A model generated the notes under the pieces. It did not search any database. It saw only the letters and a program-made list of their open reading frames with translations, and was not told where the DNA came from. From positions 1-43,716 of IMG/VR virus record IMGVR_UViG_3300018476_000018: a stretch of 43,716 nucleotides of DNA; one strand, written 5' to 3'. Shown here in pieces: positions 24,094 to 33,501 of this stretch. The translations under genes and the position numbers were made by a program. How positions within the stretch are numbered: position 1 is the first letter of the stretch; each line of letters opens with the position of its first letter. This stretch comes from a virus.

Positions 24094-24288
24094 TTAGCGC
24101 CGCCGCGGGAATTGCGCCCGCTCGGCCCGAGCCGGGCCATGGTCTGGCGGCGCCGGGTAGAGGTCGGACGACACGTCCTTGTCGGCGATGCGCTCCTGCA
24201 ATGCCCCGACCGCGGCAGACAGATCCGCCAGCTTCGCCTCCAACGCGGCAAGGCGCTCGTGGATGGCGTTAATTTCCTGTGCGCTCAA
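24094..24288 (-). CDS. Small coiled-coil protein (64 aa).
   Basis: TTG start at 24288 with TAGGAG 7 nt upstream. Lies between terL and portal. Confidence 0.5.
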   Translation of the reverse strand: MSAQEINAIHERLAALEAKLADLSAAVGALQERIADKDVSSDLYPAPPDHGPARAERAQFPRRR

Positions 24289-24305
24289 TACAAAACTCCT
24301 AAGTT

Positions 24306-25634
24306 TTAAACGAAACCCATTTCCGGATATTTGATTTGCTTAGGTCTTCCGCGCGGAACTTCATATCCAACCGCCATCAGGCCGAACGCATCACTTCCGT
24401 TTGAGGCCCAATCGTGTTCGGGACCCAAACCTATATCCCTGACGTCTTCGCTTCTCTTCTCGTGATACCACGCCAATGCTTCGCGACCGCTCTCGGTGGT
24501 CGCCTCGTTAAACCAACACGCCGGAAATATTCTGCGCCCCGCCTCGACCCGTGCCCGCGCGGCGCCGCGGCCCTGGTTGGGAATGACCTCAACCGAGAAC
24601 CCAGCCTGGCGGAACGCGCTCTCGAAACTGACGTCGTAGACCCGGTCATGGGTCGCGCCGTCGTGCGGCAGAACGACCTGCGCCTTGGAAAAGTTATTGT
24701 CATGCAGCCACTGCACATGCGTCGCCAACGGCTGCCCAACCGCTTCGTAATAGCTCAGGATGCGAACTTCGCGGGCAACGAACTGAACCAGCCACATCGC
24801 AAAGGCGTCGCTGCGAGCACCGGTTCCGCCCAAATCGCAATAGGCCCGGATCGGCAGCAGCGGGTCGCGCATGACGCCGCCGATGCGGCCCTCGCGCCCG
24901 GCTTCCGCCAGGTGAGGGGCGTAATAGGCGCCGACGTGCGCCGATGCATACGCCCCCTCCCACACGAAATCGTAAGTGTCCGGGCGCTTTTCCTTGTCTT
25001 CCAGGCGGATCTGCTTCAGGACGCTCGGAAACCACGGGTTGTCCCGCCAGTTGACCTCGGCGATCTTGCTGTTGGCCGGCGGGTTGAGGCGGAACCGCTT
25101 GTTGGTGGCGCTCTGGCGGCGCTCCGGGTTCCACGTCACCCAGATCTCGGCGCCCTCCTCGCGCACCGTTGGGATTGCCTTCATCCAGGCGGTCTCGGAT
25201 ACCGGCTCGGCCTCGTCGACCCACAACAGCCGTATTCTGGCCGTCGATTTGACGCTTTCAATGTTACGGCGCAACCCGACAAAGGCAAAATCGATCTTGC
25301 CGTCGCGGGTTCTGATGTACTTCTCGCCGACCTCGTACATCGCCGCCAGCCAGGGCTCGCTCTCGATCGCCGCCTTGACCTCGGCCATGCTGCTTTCGTC
25401 GAGGCTGTTCTGAAACTCCCGGCCGCAGACGATGACCCCGGTCTCGTTGGCCTGCGCACAGCGCAGACCGTGAACGGCCGCCATCTTTGCGAAGGATCTC
25501 GATTTGGCCGAGCCGCGGCCGCCAAAAGCGCAGCGATAGAGCGCCGGGCCGTCGAACACCTCGACCAATTTCTCCGGCAACTCGATCCGGCCGGGCTGGT
25601 GCCCGGCGTCACGCCGGGCGCGCGCCGTGCTCAT
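24306..25634 (-). CDS. terL: Terminase large subunit (442 aa).
   Basis: Walker A-like FGGRGSAKSRSF and Walker B-like RIRLLWVDEAEPV, with a nuclease-half signature downstream. ATG 25634 overlaps the upstream stop (ATGA). The Arg/Gly-rich extension to 25886 was rejected. Confidence 0.85.
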   Translation of the reverse strand: MSTARARRDAGHQPGRIELPEKLVEVFDGPALYRCAFGGRGSAKSRSFAKMAAVHGLRCAQANETGVIVCGREFQNSLDESSMAEVKAAIESEPWLAAMYEVGEKYIRTRDGKIDFAFVGLRRNIESVKSTARIRLLWVDEAEPVSETAWMKAIPTVREEGAEIWVTWNPERRQSATNKRFRLNPPANSKIAEVNWRDNPWFPSVLKQIRLEDKEKRPDTYDFVWEGAYASAHVGAYYAPHLAEAGREGRIGGVMRDPLLPIRAYCDLGGTGARSDAFAMWLVQFVAREVRILSYYEAVGQPLATHVQWLHDNNFSKAQVVLPHDGATHDRVYDVSFESAFRQAGFSVEVIPNQGRGAARARVEAGRRIFPACWFNEATTESGREALAWYHEKRSEDVRDIGLGPEHDWASNGSDAFGLMAVGYEVPRGRPKQIKYPEMGFV

Positions 25635-25798
25635 TCCACCGCCGCCAGGCGTTCCGGCCGCTCCGGCCAGCGCCGCAACCGCTTTAGCTCGTCCTGCAGC
25701 AACGCTACCTCGACCTCCAGATCGAGCACCCGGGCCAGCAGATTGTTGCGCTGGTTGCGCAATACCGCCGCCTCCGACAGCGGCGCGGTGTCCGTCAT
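25631..25798 (-). CDS. Small coiled-coil protein (55 aa).
   Basis: ATG 25798 and the stop are both in ATGA overlaps. Sequence MTDTAPLSEAAVLRNQRNNLLARVLDLEVEVALLQDELKRLRRW.... Confidence 0.5.
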   Translation of the reverse strand: MTDTAPLSEAAVLRNQRNNLLARVLDLEVEVALLQDELKRLRRWPERPERLAAVE

Positions 25799-26016
25799 TT
25801 GGCCTCCGCCGCCGGCTTGCACGGTTCGCCGCAGAGCTTCTCCAGTTCGGCGATGCGGTTTTTCGCGGCAGCCAACGTCGCGGCAAGATCCTGCGCCTGC
25901 ACGGCCCGCTTTTGCAGATCCAACGACAGGATAATCCCGGCCTGCACCGGATCGGTTGGTTGTGCCGCCGCTAGCAACGGCAGCAACAAAACCGCCCAAA
26001 ACGCCGCTAGATGCAT
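25795..26016 (-). CDS. Exported or membrane-anchored coiled-coil protein (73 aa).
   Basis: ATG 26016. The N-terminal hydrophobic segment MHLAAFWAVLLLPLLAAAQP is followed by a helical segment and a C-terminal CGEPC. An i-spanin-like topology is possible but unproven. Confidence 0.45.
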   Translation of the reverse strand: MHLAAFWAVLLLPLLAAAQPTDPVQAGIILSLDLQKRAVQAQDLAATLAAAKNRIAELEKLCGEPCKPAAEAK

Positions 26017-27170
26017 GTCGCGCCGGAGGCTTCGTAAACCCGCTTTGTCGTAGTATCGATACACAAGAACCGCTTGCCGGTGCCGGTGCCAATCGGCGGC
26101 AGAGACTGGATCGACAAGGTGCCCCCACTGGGGGCCACGTTGACACTGGTGCCGGCCAGATTAAGCACCGCGTTGACCCCGCCTACCGCCACATTGGCAA
26201 GGCCGGGACCGCTACCGACAAACAGATCGTTGATGGAGCCGCCGATCCCTGTGCCGAGAATGTTGTTGCCGCCCGACGATATGCCGCCTGGCGGGTAGCC
26301 GACCAATTTCAGCATCCCGGACAGCGCCAAATCAACCGATGGCGCGGTAGAGGTAAAACTAAACTGGGGCGTATTGTTGCCAGCCACCGTCCCCGCCCCG
26401 ATACCCACCGCCCCCGATGCCCCGGTGTTATCGTAATACCCAAAAATCGAGCGTTGCGACGGCACGTTATTGCCCGAGCGCGCTACAGCGCCGGCAATAA
26501 AAGCCTCGGACGCGGCGCCCGACGCAGTGACAAACCCGCCGGTCCAATGAATAGGGTTGGGGCCGGCGGCCTGGCTTAACGGCAGAACGACATAAGCACT
26601 CGCCAAGGTCGGCTGCACCAGTGAGTCACCGGTCACCATAACGCCAATGGCCTGATTGGCGGCGTTCGAGACGATAAAATCGTACTCCGCCCCGACGATT
26701 ACCCGGTTTGTCCCCGAGGTCATGCCCTTCCCCGCGGCGTCGACCAGAACGGTGTTGACGCCCCACGTCTTGCACCCGTCGACCTCGCAAGTACCCGACC
26801 CGAACAGCAGCACCGAGTTTTGCCCAAAGCTGGGCGGCGTGCCGGCAACCGCCTGGTTGCGCAGATAGCCGGCTATCGCTGTCGTGTTGACCACGGTGGA
26901 ACCGGCCGGAGCCACGTTGATGCCGCGGATGGCGTCGTTGTTGGTATAGCCGCAGCCAGCGACCCCACCGCACACTGCGTTGGCGATCGACATCGCAGTG
27001 ACGCCAGGCTGGGTGAAGATCGAAAACGTCCCGGAGTCGATCGTTTGCGCTGCTGTTTTGCTGTCGGTCAACGCCGCGGGAGGCGTCTTGCTGAGCGGGT
27101 CCGATACCTGCTGCGCCAATGCCGGCGCGCAGAGCCCCGCGGCGAGCAGAAGCGCAGCGAGACGCCGCAT
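26007..27170 (-). CDS. Sec-exported Gly/Ala/Thr-rich protein (387 aa).
   Basis: Signal peptide MRRLAALLLAAGLCAPALA-QQ. The rest is beta-rich and repetitive Gly-rich. No domain recognised. Confidence 0.6.
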   Translation of the reverse strand: MRRLAALLLAAGLCAPALAQQVSDPLSKTPPAALTDSKTAAQTIDSGTFSIFTQPGVTAMSIANAVCGGVAGCGYTNNDAIRGINVAPAGSTVVNTTAIAGYLRNQAVAGTPPSFGQNSVLLFGSGTCEVDGCKTWGVNTVLVDAAGKGMTSGTNRVIVGAEYDFIVSNAANQAIGVMVTGDSLVQPTLASAYVVLPLSQAAGPNPIHWTGGFVTASGAASEAFIAGAVARSGNNVPSQRSIFGYYDNTGASGAVGIGAGTVAGNNTPQFSFTSTAPSVDLALSGMLKLVGYPPGGISSGGNNILGTGIGGSINDLFVGSGPGLANVAVGGVNAVLNLAGTSVNVAPSGGTLSIQSLPPIGTGTGKRFLCIDTTTKRVYEASGATCI

Positions 27171-27554
27171 CTAAATCTGCACCCAAGCCACGCCGGTGAA
27201 GGCGAGCTGCACCCAGCCGTAATTGCCGCCGATCACCAGGTTCAGCGCCCCCTCGATGGTAAAACCGCCGCCCGCCACGGTGATGTGATTGGCGCCGGCG
27301 TGCCCGGTGCTGTCCTTCACCGTGCATGTCTGGCCCGGGCTTGGCGCCGGCGGCAGGGTCACGGTCATCGGTCCCGCCGTACTATCGACCAGCACCAACC
27401 CGTTGGTCCCGGACGGCAGCGTTCCCGAGACGGTCACGCTGGTAAACCCCGGCTGCCAGGCGGGCCCCGGCGGACCCTGCTGGCCAACCCCGGCGATGAC
27501 CTCGATCACCGGCGTCGGCTGCGCGACGATGTCGATCGCTACGGTGTCGGCCAT
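27171..27554 (-). CDS. Small fibre-associated protein (127 aa) with a short G-X-Y stretch.
   Basis: GVGQQGPPGPAWQPG is followed by ...VTLPPAPSPGQTCTVKDSTGHAGANHITV...GWVQLAFTGVAWVQI, a pattern common in small phage tail-fibre-like proteins. No signal peptide. Confidence 0.5.
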   Translation of the reverse strand: MADTVAIDIVAQPTPVIEVIAGVGQQGPPGPAWQPGFTSVTVSGTLPSGTNGLVLVDSTAGPMTVTLPPAPSPGQTCTVKDSTGHAGANHITVAGGGFTIEGALNLVIGGNYGWVQLAFTGVAWVQI

Positions 27555-27991
27555 ACCACCGGGACCATGTTGTCAAATCTCGGATCGGGGCTCGGCAGGT
27601 AGGTCAGCCACACATCGCGCGGCGCATGCCACTCGTCGGGGTCGAAAACCCGCCCCAAACGGCGGTCACGGCCAAATGGTCCCCAGCGATTGGCGCGAGG
27701 CGGGTCTTCGGCCGTCGTCCTTGCCAGGATTGGCCGCTCCGGCGCGAGATGGCAGGAAAAATAACGACGCACCAACTCCTTGCGGTCATCGCCATACACG
27801 TTCAGGCGGCGGGCGGCGCCACCGTATATTTCCTCTCCGTTCGCAAGCTCGGGGTAAGCGTCAGTCACGAACCTGGATATACCGGCACAAGTCGTCCCAA
27901 GCGAGAGACCCAAGTCTCGTGCGATGTACCGTTGTGCCCGACCCGTGGCCCACTGGTACGCAGCCCATCCAGCCCAAACCGGCGCGGTCAT
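27539..27991 (-). CDS. Hypothetical protein (150 aa).
   Basis: ATG 27991 in an ATGA overlap. No signal peptide or domain recognised. Confidence 0.5.
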   Translation of the reverse strand: MTAPVWAGWAAYQWATGRAQRYIARDLGLSLGTTCAGISRFVTDAYPELANGEEIYGGAARRLNVYGDDRKELVRRYFSCHLAPERPILARTTAEDPPRANRWGPFGRDRRLGRVFDPDEWHAPRDVWLTYLPSPDPRFDNMVPVVWPTP

Positions 27992-28647
27992 TTCCAGTAC
28001 ACGAGCCCAATACCGGGAACCACGCGGAACTCCAGCGCCGCGCCCGGCCCGTGGCCGCTATCGGGCCCCCCAGCCACCGGCAAGCCCGCAGCGTCGGTCA
28101 CGCTCAGAAGCTCGACGTCATAGGCAAACGAGATTTCGACCAGCGCATTGTCGGGAAGACCCGGCGGCAACCGGATGGTCAGCGCCGCCAGCGGCCCGCT
28201 CGCCACATGCAGAGCAAATTCCGACCCCATGATCACGGTCTCGCCGCTCACCGGGTACACCACCCGCACCGAACCCATCACGGCAGGCCCCTCGATCGGC
28301 GACAGCGGCACCGCCGTTTGTGTCACGTCCCCCGTCACCAGGACTTTGCCCGCCACCAGGGTGCGGATATCGCTGCTGGCGTAGGTTATTTGCAGGTCCC
28401 ACACCCCGCGCGGCGGCAGGTTGGCGGTATCGGCCGGCAATATCGAGACGTCGACCGCGTTGGGCGCGATGACCCCGCAATAAAGCTGGGTCACCTGATT
28501 ACCGCCGGGCCGGTCGCGGATCTGCGCCGCGGCGACGGCGCCGGTAAAGTCGCTCGGCAGCGTCTTGGCCGCGTCCTGCCAGCAGACAAACCGCCAGCGC
28601 CCGGTGTCGCCCCGGTAGATGCACAGATCGTAAGTTCCAGGGGTCAT
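27988..28647 (-). CDS. Hypothetical beta-rich protein (219 aa).
   Basis: ATG 28647 in an ATGA overlap. No signal peptide. Confidence 0.5.
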   Translation of the reverse strand: MTPGTYDLCIYRGDTGRWRFVCWQDAAKTLPSDFTGAVAAAQIRDRPGGNQVTQLYCGVIAPNAVDVSILPADTANLPPRGVWDLQITYASSDIRTLVAGKVLVTGDVTQTAVPLSPIEGPAVMGSVRVVYPVSGETVIMGSEFALHVASGPLAALTIRLPPGLPDNALVEISFAYDVELLSVTDAAGLPVAGGPDSGHGPGAALEFRVVPGIGLVYWK

Positions 28648-29819
28648 GCCGCCGCCGTCAATACTGGCTTAATCGCGTTGAGCATGAGCGTCGTCGGCGG
28701 CGTGCCGGTCGGCGGATCGCCCAAGATCGGAATGCCGGTTGTGCCGCCCTCGCTGCACTCGTTCCAGGCGTAGACATACATGAGCTTGGAAGCACACTCG
28801 GTTGGGTGCGCGCCGATAAAATTGATGCAGTTTTGCAGATGCGTCGCGACCTGGGCGGGGGTGCCGCGGACAAAATACTGATCGTGCCCGTTCCAGGGAG
28901 TGCGCGGGCTGTCGCTTTCCGGGATTTGCATCCGAGGACGCACGTCCCACCCCAGAATGGCATTGGGGACGTATTTGATACCGGCGGCAGTAGCTTGCGC
29001 CATCTTTGCCGCCCACCACGCCTGCGTCATCGTGTCGAGATCGGCGGCCGTGTTCGGCAGCGCCGAGTTAAGCAGTGCCGGGTTGTAGTCGGTGATCGCG
29101 TCGGCGGTAATCCAGGGTGCCGCTTGCACCGAGCTGGGGTTGCCCCACGGATCGGCGCGCGAAACGATATACGGGTTGCCTACTCCTGCCGCAGTCGCCT
29201 GTGATCGCAAATAGTTGAATGCCGTGGTGACATTTGCCGTCGAGTTGGCAAAATGCGTCGCCAGAGTGTCGGCGTGCCAACTGATAATCAGAACCGGCCT
29301 GCCGCCTATCTTGAGGTAATTTGTCTGGGTAAACTGATTGTTCACCCACCAATTGCAATGCGACTGCCACGCCGCCGTGTCCGACCAGGGGTTGTTGCCG
29401 AACTCCTCCTGCCCGACATATCCAGCCCATTTGACCAGGCCTTTATAAGGCGAAGAATTGTATAGCTCGTAAGCCTTGAAAACAGGGCTGCCATCGGGAA
29501 TAAACTTTGGGCCGTTGACATAAGCAAAAGCCTTAATCCCCGCGTTCGCCGCCGCCTGCAATTCCAAATCCACGTCGGCCTGGGTGCCTTCGCAAGTGAT
29601 CCGCTCGGGACCGAGAACATTGCAGAACCACGGCGCTCGGAACTGCCACTGCGCCGGGCTCAATTGAACGTGGTTCTGCCGCGACGGGTTCTGTAGCGAG
29701 TACCAGCCGCCCCAGTTAATAAAGATCGGCGTCACGCCGGTTGTCTGCGCCGCAGCCGGGCGTGGCCTGATCAGCGATGCAGCAGCGGCCGAGGCGAGGA
29801 GGGCGCGCCGGGTAATCAT
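28644..29819 (-). CDS. Tat-exported putative glycoside hydrolase (TIM-barrel, GH99/WbsX-like), 391 aa.
   Basis: Twin-arginine signal MITRRALLASAAAASLIRPRPAAAQ. The motifs ELQAAANAGIKAFAY, YLKIGGRPVLIISW and YVYAWNECSEGG resemble GH99-like/WbsX-type domains. ATG 29819 (ATGA overlap) is preferred over GTG 29831. Confidence 0.45.
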   Translation of the reverse strand: MITRRALLASAAAASLIRPRPAAAQTTGVTPIFINWGGWYSLQNPSRQNHVQLSPAQWQFRAPWFCNVLGPERITCEGTQADVDLELQAAANAGIKAFAYVNGPKFIPDGSPVFKAYELYNSSPYKGLVKWAGYVGQEEFGNNPWSDTAAWQSHCNWWVNNQFTQTNYLKIGGRPVLIISWHADTLATHFANSTANVTTAFNYLRSQATAAGVGNPYIVSRADPWGNPSSVQAAPWITADAITDYNPALLNSALPNTAADLDTMTQAWWAAKMAQATAAGIKYVPNAILGWDVRPRMQIPESDSPRTPWNGHDQYFVRGTPAQVATHLQNCINFIGAHPTECASKLMYVYAWNECSEGGTTGIPILGDPPTGTPPTTLMLNAIKPVLTAAA

Positions 29820-30904
29820 AGGACCGTCCACTGTGTTTTATCCGGCGTCGAGACGGCAAACCATTGACCGTCTTTGTGAACTTCCAGGCAGATACTGGCA
29901 AACGGCTGATTTGACGTTATCTTGCCGCCCGCTATCGAGTTGGTCGCACCGATAGCGATCTTATCGCCGGGGGCTGCCTGCACGGTAAAGAGCTGCGGTT
30001 CATCGACCGCGAAGCAGAAATTACCGCCGCCTGTTCCTGCCTGCCCGACCGGCACCGCTTGAACCAAGGCCGCCGGCAGTGTCAATGTTGTGAAGGCCGG
30101 GGTCCCGTCGCCGGAGAGCCAAGTATTGTGATAATGCGTGCCGGCCTCCCCGATTGGGACCGTGTAAGCACCGTGCGCCCGATGCGTCGTTATCCGTTCC
30201 CCGACAATCCGAACCCCATGGCCGTCAGATTTGATCTGCGACGGCTGCGCAGTGGTGTTCGATGCAATAAACGTGAGCTGACCAGTCCCACTAACCGGGG
30301 CATCGTTGTCCTTTAGCCCGACGTTAACCGTGCCGACGCCTTTAGGCCGCAGCTCCAACCCGACATTGGCCGTGCCCGCCGCCGATATCTGGGCAGTGGC
30401 GTCATCACGCGCCACGAGCTTGACCCAAGCCCTGGAGTAGCCCGTCTCCGGGCCTGCCGGCGGCACATAGCCGGTATTGCGAAAGCTGAACTCGGCAACC
30501 CCGCCCGCGCCATTGCCAAAAAAATGCCGGCTGGCCCAGCCCCGACTGATGTAGTTGCAATCCGCCGTCGTCCCGACGCTCGTCTGGCAAACTCGGGTCG
30601 CACCGGCCCCGGTTTTGCCGGCCTGCTCGATCGCCCAATCCGTTGCGTCGGGATCGGTTTGTACCTGAAACTGGATCTTGTCGTAGCTGTAGTTGATGTT
30701 ATCGCCAGGGACATTGGTGTAGCCGTAGAATTTGGTCGACGCAGCGGCGTTCGGCGGCGCGGCGCCCTCCGACTTTACCGTCCCCAGCTCCAGGTTCTGC
30801 CGCGCCGCCGGCAGTTCCGCGTTCTTGGCGTCCTGGTACATATCCGCCAGCACCGCGGTCGTTGCCAGCGACAGGACGGCGGCGATCAGGATGCGCTTCT
30901 TCAT
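29816..30904 (-). CDS. Sec-exported protein (362 aa) sharing an N-terminal module with the next gene.
   Basis: Signal peptide MKKRILIAAVLSLATTAVLA, then DMYQDAKNAELPAARQNLELG. ATG 30904 shares one nt with the upstream stop. Confidence 0.6.
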   Translation of the reverse strand: MKKRILIAAVLSLATTAVLADMYQDAKNAELPAARQNLELGTVKSEGAAPPNAAASTKFYGYTNVPGDNINYSYDKIQFQVQTDPDATDWAIEQAGKTGAGATRVCQTSVGTTADCNYISRGWASRHFFGNGAGGVAEFSFRNTGYVPPAGPETGYSRAWVKLVARDDATAQISAAGTANVGLELRPKGVGTVNVGLKDNDAPVSGTGQLTFIASNTTAQPSQIKSDGHGVRIVGERITTHRAHGAYTVPIGEAGTHYHNTWLSGDGTPAFTTLTLPAALVQAVPVGQAGTGGGNFCFAVDEPQLFTVQAAPGDKIAIGATNSIAGGKITSNQPFASICLEVHKDGQWFAVSTPDKTQWTVL

Positions 30905-33501
30905 CAATGCGCCTCCCAGCTCGTGCCGTTGCAATAAGCCAGCACCGCTATCGTGCCGCCGCCGGTCAACGCCCCCCGATAAGTTGGCGCGCTAAGCTGG
31001 TCCGATACCGGAACCATTGCGTGCTTAGTAACCGGACCGCAGGAAAACAATGTCGCTACCGTAACCGGTGCCATTTGAAAACCGGCATTATTAAACCTCC
31101 CCCGCTCGATCGAGGAGGTAGCAAAAACTATTGGCGCAGCACCGTTAGTCGTAATCAACCCGGCAGCAGTATTCTGAAATATCAGCTTGCCGAGGTTAGC
31201 ATTGGGCACCCCGGTAATCGCATTGCCGGTTACCCCAGACCCCGCATACTGCAAACCGACAGCACTGAAAGTTGAAGAATAATCATGCGCTATTAGAGAA
31301 AGCTGCATATAGGAATTAGCTACCGAGTTTTGGAATACCGCTTGTTTGTTAGCACCCCATATATAAAAAGGAGCATCGTTAAACTGTGACACCCGCCCCA
31401 GCGCGAGTTCACCGGTATGATTATAAAAATTGTGTGGCGGAAACTGCATCCGACCGTTGTAATCCATAAACGTCAGATTACCGTGCCCCGGCCGCTCAGC
31501 AATCACCGGCGCATTGTTCGCCTGATCAAACCCGGTAATAAGCACATTCGTCGACGGCGTTGCACTGCTTTCCAAACCCCGGATCACGCTCGATGTCGAG
31601 AGGGCTTCAAAGATACCCGAGTTTGCGTGATCAGTTTCGCCCGTGCCGTAGACCGGCCCGGCGATATCGACGCCGTAAACTTTCTGGGTGCCACGCTGGA
31701 AAAAGTGGACGTTCTTGACGTTTAGGTTATCCAGCACCCCCAGATAAAGTAGGGGGGCACTTTGATAAACCCCCCACAGATTGCGGATGATAGCGTAATC
31801 GCTGTCGTTACCGGACGGCCCACTGGCATAGTACAGTCCGATACCGTCGCTAAAGTTTGCGTTGAGAAAACTAATATCGTGGATTTCGGCGTGCTGGAAA
31901 TTGGCGCCGGTCACCCCGTCGGTATACATATCGTATTTAGTGCAGGCGTCAAAGCTCAGCCAGCCATACTCCGGCATCTCCTGCGCCCGCGCGTCGAGCC
32001 CCACCGCCGCCACCGGGGTCGACCATTTAGGAAAAATCCCGTTGGGTATGCCGCAGCTAAATCCCACCCCCAGCATCTTGTTCCAGACCGCACCTTGGGC
32101 GCCGGTTATCGGCTGGTCTTTCCACATCGTACCGCCAACCGGACCCAGCCATTGCAGGGTCGACCCGGTTGGAATGATACCGCTCTGCATCCCGCCGACC
32201 GGCGATTTCGAGGTGCCGTGCAACTCGGTGCTGGCACCCGACCGGGTCACCGTCGAGGCGATGCCGCAGGGGCGCTCCGGCATCTCAATAGCAGCGCCGG
32301 TCTGTGGCTCAGGCCACAGATGCGGGTTCATCGCTGTGTTAAACGCCGCGCTGTCGTCGGTGCCGTAGACCAACGACAAACCGTTGTAAGCCGGCATCGG
32401 AGAGAACGTCGCACCCGTGCCCGTGCCGCTCGTGCTCGCCTGGGTGAACTCGGCCGGAATACCGCCATTGGCGTAAAGCCCCGGCGTCAGCGGCGCGATC
32501 AGATCGACATCCATCGTCAGGTTAAGGGTCACCCCGGTCGGCAATGTCATCCCCGGCGCCACTGTCGCTATGCTGGCCGTGGCCGGGGTGGTCGGGTTCG
32601 AGGTGTAATGCCCGCCATCGGTGATCGCGAACCCGGTGGCGATACCGCCAGCTACCGTCAGGTTGCCGACCACCCGCATACCGTTACCGGTCGTGCCGTA
32701 GACCTCGTAGGTCCCGTTGGTGCCGCCGGTACCGCCCGCCGCGATCGTCGCAACTCGCACGTAAGTTTTCTGCACCGTACCGATCGCCGCCGTGCCGCCG
32801 GTCGCCGACAAGGTGCCGCCGGCAAGAGTGATCGTATCGCCCGGCGCATAACCGCTGCCGGTCGCCTTCGACAACAACCCGGTCGTAAACATATTGAGCG
32901 TACCGGGTACACTTGGCGCGCCCAACGTCGCGGTTGTTGTGCTGGTCGGGGTTATCGTCGTGCGCAGAATATTACCGCCGGCTGCGTGACCGCTGATCGT
33001 TACAAGTTTTGGTTTACCGATATCCTTAAACGGCGCCAGTACCGTGATCGCCGTCAATCCTACGGTCTGGCTAGGACTAACGATATATGTCCCGGTGCCG
33101 CCACTCCCGGTGCCGTGCCCGGTTACTTTCGTACCCGAAGCTATACCCGTACCCGTGATAACCGACCCGATCTGCGGCGGGGTGCCCGACAACGCCGTCA
33201 CATCCATCGTGTTGCCGGTGATCGACGCCGTGCCGGTGCCGGGATTAAGCGTTACCGTCGTGCTGCCGGCGGCGATCGTGTAGGCACCGACGATATACTC
33301 GACGTCACACTTCGCGCCGAAATCGGTCACGTTGCGGGTAATACCGAGATTTGTCTTTGTTGCCGGCCTTGCGTTGTCCGCGTTATTCGACATCGCCCCG
33401 AGATTGTTCAAAGCGGCCGGTAGATCAGCGTTGGAAGCATCCTGGTACATATCCGCGCGCAGCAGGATAAGCGCCGCCACGGCCATGAGAAAGCGTCTCA
33501 C
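30904..33501 (-). CDS. Large exported beta-helix-like protein (865 aa), pectate-lyase/tailspike-depolymerase-like.
   Basis: GTG 33501 (GTGA overlap). N-terminal MRRFLMAVAALILLRA, then DMYQDASNADLPAALNNLG. ITRNVTDFGAKCD resembles the start of pectate_lyase_3/tailspike domains. Long Gly/Thr-rich beta-repeats. Confidence 0.45.
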   Translation of the reverse strand: MRRFLMAVAALILLRADMYQDASNADLPAALNNLGAMSNNADNARPATKTNLGITRNVTDFGAKCDVEYIVGAYTIAAGSTTVTLNPGTGTASITGNTMDVTALSGTPPQIGSVITGTGIASGTKVTGHGTGSGGTGTYIVSPSQTVGLTAITVLAPFKDIGKPKLVTISGHAAGGNILRTTITPTSTTTATLGAPSVPGTLNMFTTGLLSKATGSGYAPGDTITLAGGTLSATGGTAAIGTVQKTYVRVATIAAGGTGGTNGTYEVYGTTGNGMRVVGNLTVAGGIATGFAITDGGHYTSNPTTPATASIATVAPGMTLPTGVTLNLTMDVDLIAPLTPGLYANGGIPAEFTQASTSGTGTGATFSPMPAYNGLSLVYGTDDSAAFNTAMNPHLWPEPQTGAAIEMPERPCGIASTVTRSGASTELHGTSKSPVGGMQSGIIPTGSTLQWLGPVGGTMWKDQPITGAQGAVWNKMLGVGFSCGIPNGIFPKWSTPVAAVGLDARAQEMPEYGWLSFDACTKYDMYTDGVTGANFQHAEIHDISFLNANFSDGIGLYYASGPSGNDSDYAIIRNLWGVYQSAPLLYLGVLDNLNVKNVHFFQRGTQKVYGVDIAGPVYGTGETDHANSGIFEALSTSSVIRGLESSATPSTNVLITGFDQANNAPVIAERPGHGNLTFMDYNGRMQFPPHNFYNHTGELALGRVSQFNDAPFYIWGANKQAVFQNSVANSYMQLSLIAHDYSSTFSAVGLQYAGSGVTGNAITGVPNANLGKLIFQNTAAGLITTNGAAPIVFATSSIERGRFNNAGFQMAPVTVATLFSCGPVTKHAMVPVSDQLSAPTYRGALTGGGTIAVLAYCNGTSWEAH

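Noticed and set aside
25635-25886. N-terminal extensions offered by the ORF track for terL (to 25886), YqaJ (to 41778), 37311.. (to 38504), 35160.. (to 35612), 18192.. (to 18686), 15018.. (to 15467), 41627.. (to 42235), 5287.. (from 5173), 4046.. (from 3872) and 3730.. (to 4146).
   Set aside because: The extended parts are Arg/Gly/Pro-rich and overlap the upstream gene. An internal ATG or GTG sits exactly in a 4-nt overlap with the upstream stop, or just after a Shine-Dalgarno, and the recognisable domain or signal peptide starts right there.
25795-26016. Spanin pair (i-spanin/o-spanin) upstream of terL.
   Set aside because: The 73-aa protein has an N-terminal hydrophobic segment and a coiled coil like an i-spanin. 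However, no lipobox-bearing o-spanin partner and no neighbouring holin or endolysin were found, so it was left as an exported coiled-coil protein.
27171-27554. Collagen-like domain in the 127-aa protein.
   Set aside because: Only about three G-X-Y triplets are present (GQQGPPGPA), too short for a collagen triple-helix call. It was annotated simply as a small fibre-associated protein.
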